Source of the DNA: Paraphysomonas bandaiensis
Lineage: Eukaryota; Protista; Chrysophyceae
Reading direction: 5' to 3'
DNA: 10,858 nucleotides
Assembly (NCBI GenBank): GCA_965644295.1
Contig: CBFFRP010000562.1
Location: 1 to 10,858 of the forward strand
A program made the position numbers and the translations under genes. Of this stretch, positions 1-7,989 are shown one piece after another; position 1 is the first letter of the stretch, and every line of letters starts with the position of its first letter. Below the pieces are notes generated by a model. That model was given only the letters and a program-made list of their open reading frames with translations. It did not search any database and was not told the DNA's origin.

Positions 1-149
1 TTTGAAGACTAGGGTGAATGATAATTAAAATTTAGTTGTTTGTATATTTTCAATTGTAATATATTTTAAAAATATTTTACTAAAATATTGTATTATATTG
101 TTACTTTTCATATAAATCTACTGTATTACTACTTACTACACCAGCCAAC

Positions 150-3100
150 CTACGCTGTAGCCCGTTTCCGCCGTACACGACCATCACCATCTAGTTCAAT
201 AGGTCGTCTAGTAGATATATACGAACCCATACCTTGCTCATCCTGAGCCCGCAAATCTTGCTGTGTGGGAGGAGCCCCGCTCGCATCCCCAGACCCACGG
301 TCTGTCAAGGTCTGCAACCTCACGACTGTCTGTTGACAGGTTGGGTCAGGACTCTCCTGGAACCCTCCAGGTCTTCCCTGGTCCAGCTCCCTGGCTGGCG
401 TAGTACTCAGGGCGTCCCCCTTTCCTATGTACCCGGTATTCCCGGGGGTTTCTGCAGTCATACGCACCACGTCTTCGACGTGTATAGGCACCCGGTGCTC
501 TATATGCTCGCGACCTGCAGTAACAAGTGAACGGTATGCTACAATCACACCCTTACGTTCTACAACTCTTGTTGTCTTATACAGAAGTCCGTCCTCATCA
601 TCAATATGATACGTTCCTTCTAAGCTGACATAGTCGGATGCAAGCTTGGGTCTAGCGGCCTCCCGCACTCGAAGAGCATCAATCTCTGCGAAATACTTCT
701 CTGATCGTGATGGCGTTGACTCATCAGTCAATATATGGACTGTAGTCACCACCTTGTTTGATTCAGGAAGATATACATGGTATCCTACCTTCTCATCAGA
801 GTAACCCATTAAATATCCAACTAGAGCCTTATCCTCCCAATCCTTTCGTCGATCCGCCTTCGGTGAAAGAACATAAGTTCGACACCCCCATACCCTAAGA
901 TATCTCAAATTTGGAGGCTCACCCGTTAGAAACTCTATAGGAGACATATACCCTTTATCTGTTTTCGTTGGCAATCGAATCAAAATATATCTGGCTGCCA
1001 TGTATGCATCCAGCCAAAATTGCGGTGGCAGTCCAGATTGGATTAGCATTGCAAGAGTCATCTCTCCAGCAGTTCTGAACTTCCTCTCCTCTATGGCATT
1101 CATTTCTGGAGAGTCTGTTGAGCTCCACGTATGTTGATAGCACTCCTGTGTCCTAAGATACTGACGCAGCTCTTCACTGATTAACTCTCTTGCACCATCT
1201 GCATGATAGTGCTCCATCTTGAGCTTGTACCTTCTAACATCTCCTCTAAATAGCTCTTTGAAGACTTCTAAGATCGCTTCCCCAGTTCTGTGGACTAAAC
1301 CCGTCGCCCAGAACATTTTGCTGGCATGATGCGTTATCTTTAACACATACCTCTCACCTCCTCTAGCAGGACAATTTAAGTACACAGCGATATCTGCTGA
1401 AAAATTCGGTCTAACGGAATTCTCGTCCTTCGTTCGGAAGCTGACTCGGGTTATCTTAGACCTGGCACACACATCACACAAACACTGATTTTTGTGTACC
1501 TTGGCTGTGAGGTGTTTCCGTTTCAACCCTGTACCCATGATGAGCATCCTCTTATGTGCCTCTACTAAAGCATGTTTGTTGAAGTGACCCGCTCTCCGAT
1601 GCAGCAACTCCAGCTCGTCCTCACCAGTCCTATCGCTAAGATTTACTTCACAATTACTCGGTGTAGACACATCTGGAAGCTCCAACAGCTGCTGAGTTGG
1701 AACTGCAGTCATTCCATTCTTCATGGGTCCCTCCAGTACCAGTTCACCAGTATTACAGTCATAAATTTGGATCCCATACCACACCGTGAATCGATAGCCC
1801 ATTTCGTTCAGCTTACGTCCGGAGCACAGGCATCGATTGATCTGATCTGAAATTTCTATGTCTCTCCATGCTCCACGGGAACCCACACTTGTGATATGAA
1901 TCTCTGATCCCTTCTTAGAGCCGTTTATCACCTTTGATGTATTCATATGAGTGTCAAGCATGGTCACATCATTCATCAAGAACATTGATGATGAACAGCA
2001 GGTGTCAATATATGTATAATGCATGTCATCATTTACACTACATATATTCGTTTCATGTATATTGCATGACAATTTCATAACATCCTCGATCATATTTGCT
2101 TCATCTTCATCAGAGAATTCTGCTGGTTCTCCACGCCGTATATTCTCTACTGTCAGCAGCCTTTTGTCCGGCTTCCTACCATGATTCTTCCCTTTCTCTC
2201 CTCTTCTAGAATGCTTTTTCTTCGTCGTTGGACAATCAGCAGCAAGATGTTCCAGAGACTTGCAATTTCTGCATCCCGTGTATTCAGCACTTCCAGGACG
2301 CTGCCCTGATATCTCTCCATCCTTCTTCCTCTGCTTCCTCCTGCACTGTTCAGTTGAATGGCTATGAGGAATTCCTTCTTTCCTGCAATATCTACAGTTG
2401 CCCTTCTTACGCTTATCCCGTTCCGTTCGAGACCGTTTGCTCTTTTCAATGAAATTCAGCTCCTCCACCTTCTTGCGTTTCCGCTCTAACGCAATCCTTC
2501 CAGGAATGGTATCATCATACCGTTCTATCTTCCTTGATAATGTTGCATAATCAACATCATCAGGCATCAAATACAAAGCAACATTCAGAGGAGCATATTC
2601 TTCATTCAACAGACCTTCTCGTAACCGTGTTATTTTTGAGAGCTCCGATATGTCCTGCTGCTGCTCCTGTAGCTCTTTCAGCAGTATTTCAAACCGTATT
2701 ATATAGTCCTTCGCAGTCTCCTCCGGACGCATACGGAAAGAGCCATACTGAGTCAACAGCTCACTGATCTTGTTTTGCTTCCCTCCAGCAAAGCACTTCT
2801 TCAACTCATCAATCATAATATGCGCCTTAAACCTGTTGCTTCCTTTTCCATCAGCCTTGAACCCTTTATGTAGAAGATGGAATTTCTGAAGCGCCTTCGA
2901 AGATGTTTGCACTGCCTCTCTGCAGTACGAATACGCTATGGCATTCGCCTTCCAGTACTTCTTCACAGCCTGTCTGTAAGACTTCTCCTCCATTAACGTG
3001 AGTGGCTGTTCCCCAAAGTCGCTTTCCTTCGGTGGTGGCTCCACCGCTACTTCACTTTGCTCTTTCCTCATGAGGAATGTTTCGAAGTCCTCAATCCATT

Positions 3101-3188
3101 GTTCAACATTGCTCTCATTAAACTGTGGCACTACTCCTCTATCCTCCTTCTCTCCTCCTCGCTCGCTACCATGTTGAAAAATGCTCAT
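150..3188 (-). CDS. Ty1/copia-type Gag-protease-integrase polyprotein (1012 aa), ending before RT/RNase H
   Basis: Motifs read in copia order. Gag-like region (ETAKDYIIRFEILLKEL...LREGL). Zn knuckles CRYC-x8-H-x4-C (~2343-2396) and CRNCKSLEHLAADC (~2232-2273). Protease-like YIDTCCS (DTC at 1998-2006) followed by LCSGRKLNEMGY. Integrase HHCC (LHRRAGH...CDVC). Catalytic core SADI / HADGARE / NAIEER. Copia-typical LRYLRVWGCRTY...GYLMGY...GYHVY after the core. No YVDD or SDADW motif before the stop. Confidence 0.93.
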   Translation of the reverse strand: MSIFQHGSERGGEKEDRGVVPQFNESNVEQWIEDFETFLMRKEQSEVAVEPPPKESDFGEQPLTLMEEKSYRQAVKKYWKANAIAYSYCREAVQTSSKALQKFHLLHKGFKADGKGSNRFKAHIMIDELKKCFAGGKQNKISELLTQYGSFRMRPEETAKDYIIRFEILLKELQEQQQDISELSKITRLREGLLNEEYAPLNVALYLMPDDVDYATLSRKIERYDDTIPGRIALERKRKKVEELNFIEKSKRSRTERDKRKKGNCRYCRKEGIPHSHSTEQCRRKQRKKDGEISGQRPGSAEYTGCRNCKSLEHLAADCPTTKKKHSRRGEKGKNHGRKPDKRLLTVENIRRGEPAEFSDEDEANMIEDVMKLSCNIHETNICSVNDDMHYTYIDTCCSSSMFLMNDVTMLDTHMNTSKVINGSKKGSEIHITSVGSRGAWRDIEISDQINRCLCSGRKLNEMGYRFTVWYGIQIYDCNTGELVLEGPMKNGMTAVPTQQLLELPDVSTPSNCEVNLSDRTGEDELELLHRRAGHFNKHALVEAHKRMLIMGTGLKRKHLTAKVHKNQCLCDVCARSKITRVSFRTKDENSVRPNFSADIAVYLNCPARGGERYVLKITHHASKMFWATGLVHRTGEAILEVFKELFRGDVRRYKLKMEHYHADGARELISEELRQYLRTQECYQHTWSSTDSPEMNAIEERKFRTAGEMTLAMLIQSGLPPQFWLDAYMAARYILIRLPTKTDKGYMSPIEFLTGEPPNLRYLRVWGCRTYVLSPKADRRKDWEDKALVGYLMGYSDEKVGYHVYLPESNKVVTTVHILTDESTPSRSEKYFAEIDALRVREAARPKLASDYVSLEGTYHIDDEDGLLYKTTRVVERKGVIVAYRSLVTAGREHIEHRVPIHVEDVVRMTAETPGNTGYIGKGDALSTTPARELDQGRPGGFQESPDPTCQQTVVRLQTLTDRGSGDASGAPPTQQDLRAQDEQGMGSYISTRRPIELDGDGRVRRKRATA

Positions 3189-3427
3189 TTTACACTAGAT
3201 CACAGAGAGAATTTGTCGTAAGACTAGATAGATTTATTAGTATCGTTTACACGAAGTTGTGATAACCAACACTAACTCATTATAATCCCTGCATAATATC
3301 CTACATATGCGAACCTCTCGTTACTGAACATATCTTGAACGATCAAACTATTTCAGTTTCTCAATATCATCACAGCATTTGTACATCACTATATTTCACT
3401 GTATTCTCGTACATTGTCTTGAAGTGA
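150..3427 (-). mobile_element. Copia-derived segment lacking RT/RNase H; LTRs not identifiable in the window
   Basis: Protein motifs as above. The ORF stop is followed almost directly by very AT-rich DNA (1-130). The upper boundary is set at the adjacent repeat module and is approximate. Confidence 0.7.
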
Positions 3428-3595
3428 CATAGTAGTGAATGTCTGATTATTTAGCAATAGGCGTTGAGACCTTGCAGCAATTAGTGGCTAGAAGAATGCT
3501 AGTCATACTAGTTAGACCACTACCCGTAACTAATCAATACAAACTCTTTTATCCTACTATTTAACGCTACGAAAGCTGCTTGTGCGTCGCCGCAA
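3428..3595. repeat. Conserved non-coding module, copy A (upstream of the copia ORF and downstream of the LINE ORF on the minus strand)
   Basis: By manual alignment, 3542-3595 matches 7364-7424 at 46/54 positions plus a 7-nt insertion in copy B. Exact 15-mer AGCTGCTTGTGCGTC at 3574-3588. Second block TAGCAATAGGCGT at 3452-3464 and CATAGTAGTGAATG at 3428-3441. Confidence 0.85.
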
Positions 3596-6500
3596 GCACC
3601 AAGGTGCAACCACTTCCGTTCTTTTTGTGTGATATGAAATTCGCCTTTGTCGTGTGTCCGTGGACTCACCGGCGCTATTGATCTGGGGGTCTCCCTTTGG
3701 GATGGGTCTCCATTGGTGTTGGAGGGGGTTCAGCGTTCTGGATTAGGGTCCTGAGTGCACCTAGTTCCAGATGTGTGGGTTGGGAGTGGTGGGGATTGTT
3801 GGGAGGAGGAGTTGGGTTTGTAGTATGTGTTACTGTGCTCCTGTGGGGCCGCGGGTGTAGATAGAGTTGTCGAAGCCGTCGGCGTTGTGGAGGTCTGGGC
3901 AGTCCAGTGCTCTGTCGGGTAGGACCTGTGAGGTGTGCACGTGTGTCTGGAGTCGGATACGCTGTGGGGGGTCTTCGTTGGACCCCTAGTAGTCGAAGGA
4001 CTCTCGGACGTTGTCTTGACTGACTGCGTTTCGGACGGGGTCTCGGGAGTAGCCTGGGCGGCCTTTTGGACATGGTGATATAGCGACAACCGCGATCCTG
4101 TAACATAAGCTTCGCTGCAGTGTAAAGCGGTTGCAGGAGATTAATAACCACTGTTTCTAGGTTCCGTAGACTGTGAGCCGTCAGGTGGTTGTGTATGTCA
4201 TCTCCGAAGACCGTTTCCAGTTGGGCTGCTGTGATGGTTCCAGTCCAGTATCTCTCGACCTGTGGGATGGAGGGATTCCAGGCTCTGCTGGAGAGTCTCC
4301 GTAGTGCAGATGTGATCCAGTTGGGTAAGGTCTGAGTTCTCTGTATTTCGTGTAGCACATTTTTATGCGATTGAAATGCAGTTTCCCTTATTTGGGTGAT
4401 GGATTCATGTGTGCAGTCGAGGCACATATGTTTTAGGGAATCTAGTCGAAACCCGCAGTCAGAGCATGCGGCTTTGGTCAGGTCAAGCCCCTGTTTGGTT
4501 TTGGCCCGGTTCCTCCCTATGCAGAAAGATTTGTCCCATGTCAGTGCCGTGTTGAGAATTCTTTGGCGTAGATTTGAGCTGAGTTTGTCTTTGGATGCAC
4601 TGCCATCCGCTTGAGCTAGTTTGCGCGGGAGGTGTACTCCGCTATTGGTCCAGTAGCCAGGCGCTCGATCAGGATTGTTTCCGTAGCGTTGATCTCTGGT
4701 TGAAGTGTAGTTCTCAAGTGTCCTTAGGTCGCAGAGATCTTGGAAATCAGTAAGGAGTGGGCTAGAGTAGTATGGCCGTCTTGTACTGTGCAAACGCCAG
4801 TGCCATAATCCAGCGGTTAGTAAGCGTTCAATGGCACTGTCAATCGCAATTGTACAGACAGTGTAGTTATTTTTTCCAAGGATGCGATCGACTTCATGCC
4901 AGTCTTCACCCGCGACTGCGTCCGCAATATAGATGCCCTTGTCCTCAAACGTCCACTCCGTTTCATCTGTGGTACGTCGTTCGGGATGGGACCTCACCCA
5001 GGTCACCTGTCGTTTGCAATCTCTACTGGCCGCGATGCTTTCGAGTAGTACCCCTTTTGCACGGTGACCGAGAGCTCTGCGTCTTGTGGAGAGTGCTTCC
5101 TCAGTACGGGTGCACACTGCCTGACAGTCTGTGTGGCTTCTTATGTGTTCGGGAATGCGTGTTGAGAGTATAAGCCCCATGGCTGTGCCTATGAGTTCAT
5201 ATGCGTATGAGTCCAAACCTGGCACATCACGAAAGGGTGTATCTAGTCGTAGTATTATGGTTGTACCATCTTCCCAGGCATTTTCTGGGGGTAAGTAGAC
5301 GACCGCTGCACCTCCTCGGTGTGTCCATCGTGTTCGCGGATTGACATGAGTGAGGCGACGCGTGGAGAGCGCACTGGCTGTGTATGATCCATCTGTGAAG
5401 ATTGCCTTGAAAGTATCTGGTTGGACGCTATTAAGGCCGAGTTCTTGTTTTAGATTGGTCAGCATGTGTTCATCCTGTGGTTCGGGGGGCTCAGGTTGCT
5501 GAAGGGTAAGGCCCAATTCCGTTCCCCATTCCCTGAGGCTGAGAACATAGTGGTGGTATTGGGGCTGTGGCTCTGTTGTCTGAGTGAGTAGAAAATGTGC
5601 TGCTTGACCTGCTTCTCCCCCGAGGGTTATTGCGCGCTGTAGAGATCCCCATTTTTGCTCCTGCGCCGAGTCTGAGAAACGTTTCATACCTAATCCGTTG
5701 TGCTTGAGTGAGAGGTAGATCAGTTCCGTGGGGTATCCAGGGCCTAGACTGAGGGCCTTTCTGTAGAGGGTTGCGCAAGCAGCGTCAATTTCTCTGTACC
5801 AGTGTAGCGGCCATGAAGCTTTGGTGGCTCTATAGAGCAAAGTCGGTATGATTTGGGTCTCGATAACCATGACTTTACAGCCGGCTGAGGCCTGTTTAAT
5901 CCCTAGGTGTGTGGTCACGACTTTCAGGTATTTTAGACACCAATCATGGGAGGCCTTGTCTGTGATTGTGAGAGGAAGGTCTGCTCCGAGGTAATGTATC
6001 GACTCTAGTGATGTTTGGATAGGGACTGGGTGTGGACGCCACGACCAGTCGTAGAGAATGATGTAGCCAATGGGGTCGGAGGACTTGTTGGAATCTTGTA
6101 GGATCGGAAACACTGTGCAAACTACTTTGGGGATAGAGAGTTCCATTCCCGAAAGTACGCAGAACGCAGATATTTGTTGGGCAATGAGTTGGGCAGCGTG
6201 TATGGATTTAGCTATTGTGTTAAGATCATCCGCGAAGGAGATCTTTATTTCGCCGGTAGTCGGAGTCGTGAGTTGAATAGTTGGTAACGTTGGACTCGTT
6301 GTTGACAGTTCAATGTCCAGCCACGTGAGAAGGATGTCGTAGAGTGCCACCCAGGCGCATGTGGATTCTGTGCCCCCTTGGGTGATACCCCTTTCGGCTT
6401 CGAAACCCAGACTGAATAGTGCAATGAAGTGGCCGTCTGCGGACAGGAGGTCAAGGAGAGAACGTGGCTCTATGTTGTTTGCCATGAATGGTGTCCAGGG

Positions 6501-7278
6501 AAATGTTAGACCGCCGGCATCTAAGTTGCCAAACCAGTCAACTACATCGTCCGGAACGCCCAGTCGTGCCCACGCGAGACGCATGAGGTTAGGCGCAATT
6601 GAGTCGAAGGCCTTCTTGAAGTCCCAGAGTGTACATATATGCTGGTCGCCTTTTCGTCTTGCTTCTTCTGCAGCCGCGAGTACCCTTAGTATCGCTGTGT
6701 CCGTCCCGTTCCTCCAGCGATAACCATGCTGGGACGGATGCAAAACTTTCTGTTCCTCCCATACGGTAAGAATTCTATGAGTGATTATCCTTGTTAATAT
6801 TTTCCTACTGACTTCAAGCAGACCAATCGGTCGGAGATTAGTGAGGGAGGATTCTCCTGGTTTCTTGAGAATGGGAGACATTACCCTGTCTCTCCACCAA
6901 ATGGGCACATGTTTATGTTTCCAGAGAGATCTGGTGAGGATGTAAGCCTCTCGCTGAACTACCGGTGGCCAGGATTTGACCATGTTGGAGGAGACCATTG
7001 AGGGTCCAGGCGCGCGGTTGAAGGAGAGAGAGTGAAGTGTGCAGTAGAATTCATCCTGGGTGATGTCTTTTGCAAGAGTAGATTTGAGTGTGGCTGCCAT
7101 GGCCGGAGTGGTCTTGGTACAAAGGGCCCGTCGTAACCCCAGTTGCAGGGGAAGAGGGATTTTCGAGCGGGGGTGGAGTGGTTCCTGGCATGTCGCTGAG
7201 CCCGGATCAAGAAGGGATTTCTGTTATATTTAACGCGACTTGGGCTGTTTGGTGTTTGGTAGTTTCGTCATCCTCGTC
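3596..7278 (-). mobile_element. Endonuclease-less non-LTR retrotransposon body between two diverged direct repeats
   Basis: RT-RH ORF with no poly(A) tail visible after the stop at 3675. Bounded by the repeat modules at 3428-3595 and 7279-7424. Confidence 0.7.
3675..7100 (-). CDS. Non-LTR (LINE-type) reverse transcriptase + RNase H + C-terminal CCHC-like zinc finger, no endonuclease (1141 aa; frame open upstream to 7223)
   Basis: LINE RT motifs: RAPGPS (domain 0), PILKKPG...NLRPIGLL, QHGYR, WDFKKAFDSI, RGITQG, FADDL (FADD at 6225-6236), HYLG. RNase H: IFTDGS (D at 5391-5393), AYELIG, HTDCQAV, VTWVRSH, IADAVA. Zn finger CSDC-x8-H-x4-C (~4413-4466). In-frame TAA at 7224-7226. Confidence 0.93.
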   Translation of the reverse strand: MAATLKSTLAKDITQDEFYCTLHSLSFNRAPGPSMVSSNMVKSWPPVVQREAYILTRSLWKHKHVPIWWRDRVMSPILKKPGESSLTNLRPIGLLEVSRKILTRIITHRILTVWEEQKVLHPSQHGYRWRNGTDTAILRVLAAAEEARRKGDQHICTLWDFKKAFDSIAPNLMRLAWARLGVPDDVVDWFGNLDAGGLTFPWTPFMANNIEPRSLLDLLSADGHFIALFSLGFEAERGITQGGTESTCAWVALYDILLTWLDIELSTTSPTLPTIQLTTPTTGEIKISFADDLNTIAKSIHAAQLIAQQISAFCVLSGMELSIPKVVCTVFPILQDSNKSSDPIGYIILYDWSWRPHPVPIQTSLESIHYLGADLPLTITDKASHDWCLKYLKVVTTHLGIKQASAGCKVMVIETQIIPTLLYRATKASWPLHWYREIDAACATLYRKALSLGPGYPTELIYLSLKHNGLGMKRFSDSAQEQKWGSLQRAITLGGEAGQAAHFLLTQTTEPQPQYHHYVLSLREWGTELGLTLQQPEPPEPQDEHMLTNLKQELGLNSVQPDTFKAIFTDGSYTASALSTRRLTHVNPRTRWTHRGGAAVVYLPPENAWEDGTTIILRLDTPFRDVPGLDSYAYELIGTAMGLILSTRIPEHIRSHTDCQAVCTRTEEALSTRRRALGHRAKGVLLESIAASRDCKRQVTWVRSHPERRTTDETEWTFEDKGIYIADAVAGEDWHEVDRILGKNNYTVCTIAIDSAIERLLTAGLWHWRLHSTRRPYYSSPLLTDFQDLCDLRTLENYTSTRDQRYGNNPDRAPGYWTNSGVHLPRKLAQADGSASKDKLSSNLRQRILNTALTWDKSFCIGRNRAKTKQGLDLTKAACSDCGFRLDSLKHMCLDCTHESITQIRETAFQSHKNVLHEIQRTQTLPNWITSALRRLSSRAWNPSIPQVERYWTGTITAAQLETVFGDDIHNHLTAHSLRNLETVVINLLQPLYTAAKLMLQDRGCRYITMSKRPPRLLPRPRPKRSQSRQRPRVLRLLGVQRRPPTAYPTPDTRAHLTGPTRQSTGLPRPPQRRRLRQLYLHPRPHRSTVTHTTNPTPPPNNPHHSQPTHLELGALRTLIQNAEPPPTPMETHPKGRPPDQ

Positions 7279-7281
7279 CAT
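7207..7281 (-). other. Short upstream ORF MDEDDETTKHQTAQVALNITEIPS* overlapping the start of the open RT frame
   Basis: The ATG sits at the edge of module B (7281-7279), with TGA at 7209-7207. The RT frame is +1 relative to it and opens at 7223. Confidence 0.35.
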
Positions 7282-7424
7282 GTAGTAATGAATGCATTAC
7301 TAATAGCAGTAGGCGTGTAAGAGTCAGATCCAAGTTAGCGAAACAATTTAACAAATAGTGCTTAACTCTGATATCCTATTATTTTACACTACACACTACG
7401 ATAGCTGCTTGTGCGTCACCGTAA
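7279..7424. repeat. Conserved non-coding module, copy B (immediately upstream of the LINE ORF on the minus strand)
   Basis: AGCTGCTTGTGCGTC at 7403-7417, TAGCAGTAGGCGT at 7304-7316 (12/13 match to copy A) and CATGTAGTAATGAATG at 7279-7294. Same block order and orientation as copy A. Confidence 0.85.
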
Positions 7425-7470
7425 CCTTCAAATAATTCAAAAAGTTATGACAGACATAGAGAGTGACAAG

Positions 7471-7834
7471 GAAAGAGTTATATAATACGATACGAAGAGC
7501 CTCTCTAGCTCAGGAATAAGAAAGCCTAATAGGCAGCTACAGCTTCCGGTTGTCCCATTATCTGCCTCTGTGTATACTTACTTTTCTGATGCAGATTGGG
7601 CTCCGACCCAAGCCGGATATATACATATTGTAGTTTTGCTGCAGGTGAACAAACCACATGCTTGTTGGCAGTCTATTATACAAGTCACAGCCTTGACTTC
7701 ATCAATGCAGAGTGAGTATCAGGCCATCAGTCTTCGACTGTACGAACTCGTACGACATCCACTCCATTTTCCTGTGTACAACCAGAGCGATCGTGATTTA
7801 CCACTGATCCCACCCAGCAGTTTCCAATACCTTA
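7471..7834 (+). pseudogene. Decayed Ty1/copia RT C-terminus / RNase H remnant
   Basis: One frame reads ERVI*YDTK...YFSDADWA...CWQSIIQVTALTSSMQSEYQA...YNQSDRDL. This matches the copia consensus RVLRYL...YSDADWA...SWxSxxQxxVAxSSxExEYxA...DNQSAI, with a stop, deletions and a lost catalytic D. Confidence 0.8.
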
Positions 7835-7958
7835 AACAAAGTTGGACTCGAACCTTTTCGTGGTGTTCTCTGGGAAACTAACGTAAGCTACATATATAGT
7901 CAACAGATATTGTTCTGCCCACTCATAGCCTAATAATCTTGTCTGGCACAAGGGACAC
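7835..7958. repeat. Dispersed direct repeat, copy 1 (27 nt shorter than copy 2)
   Basis: AACAAAGTTGGACTCGAACCTTTTCGTGGTGTTCT...TTCTGCCCACTCATAGCC...ACAAGGGACAC aligns with 8535-8683. Confidence 0.85.
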
Positions 7959-7989
7959 TTATATTGGAAGCAACAACAGTACGTATAAC

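Noticed and set aside
1-26. Possible third module copy (TTGAAGACTAGGGTGAATG vs 3419-3441)
   Set aside because: Short, gapped match in AT-rich DNA. The 15-mer and TAGGCGT blocks are absent.
3254-3268. Possible copia primer-binding site (minus strand TGGTTATCACAACTT) ~70 nt upstream of the gag ATG
   Set aside because: Not preceded by an LTR-ending CA, diverges from the GGTTATGGGCCC half-tRNA and TGGTATCAGAGC iMet types, and no LTR pair is visible.
3440-3580. Hammerhead or HDV ribozyme in the module (CTGATTA...GAAA)
   Set aside because: The core is not CUGANGA, the required stems are not evident, and copy B does not keep these bases.
234-7285. Short overlapping or antisense ORFs in the track inside the two large ORFs
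   Set aside because: No recognisable motifs; expected shadow ORFs of long coding regions.
3428-7424. Modules A and B as a target-site duplication or LTR pair
   Set aside because: Too long for a TSD, and too diverged (different spacers) relative to the intact ORF between them. No TG...CA ends.
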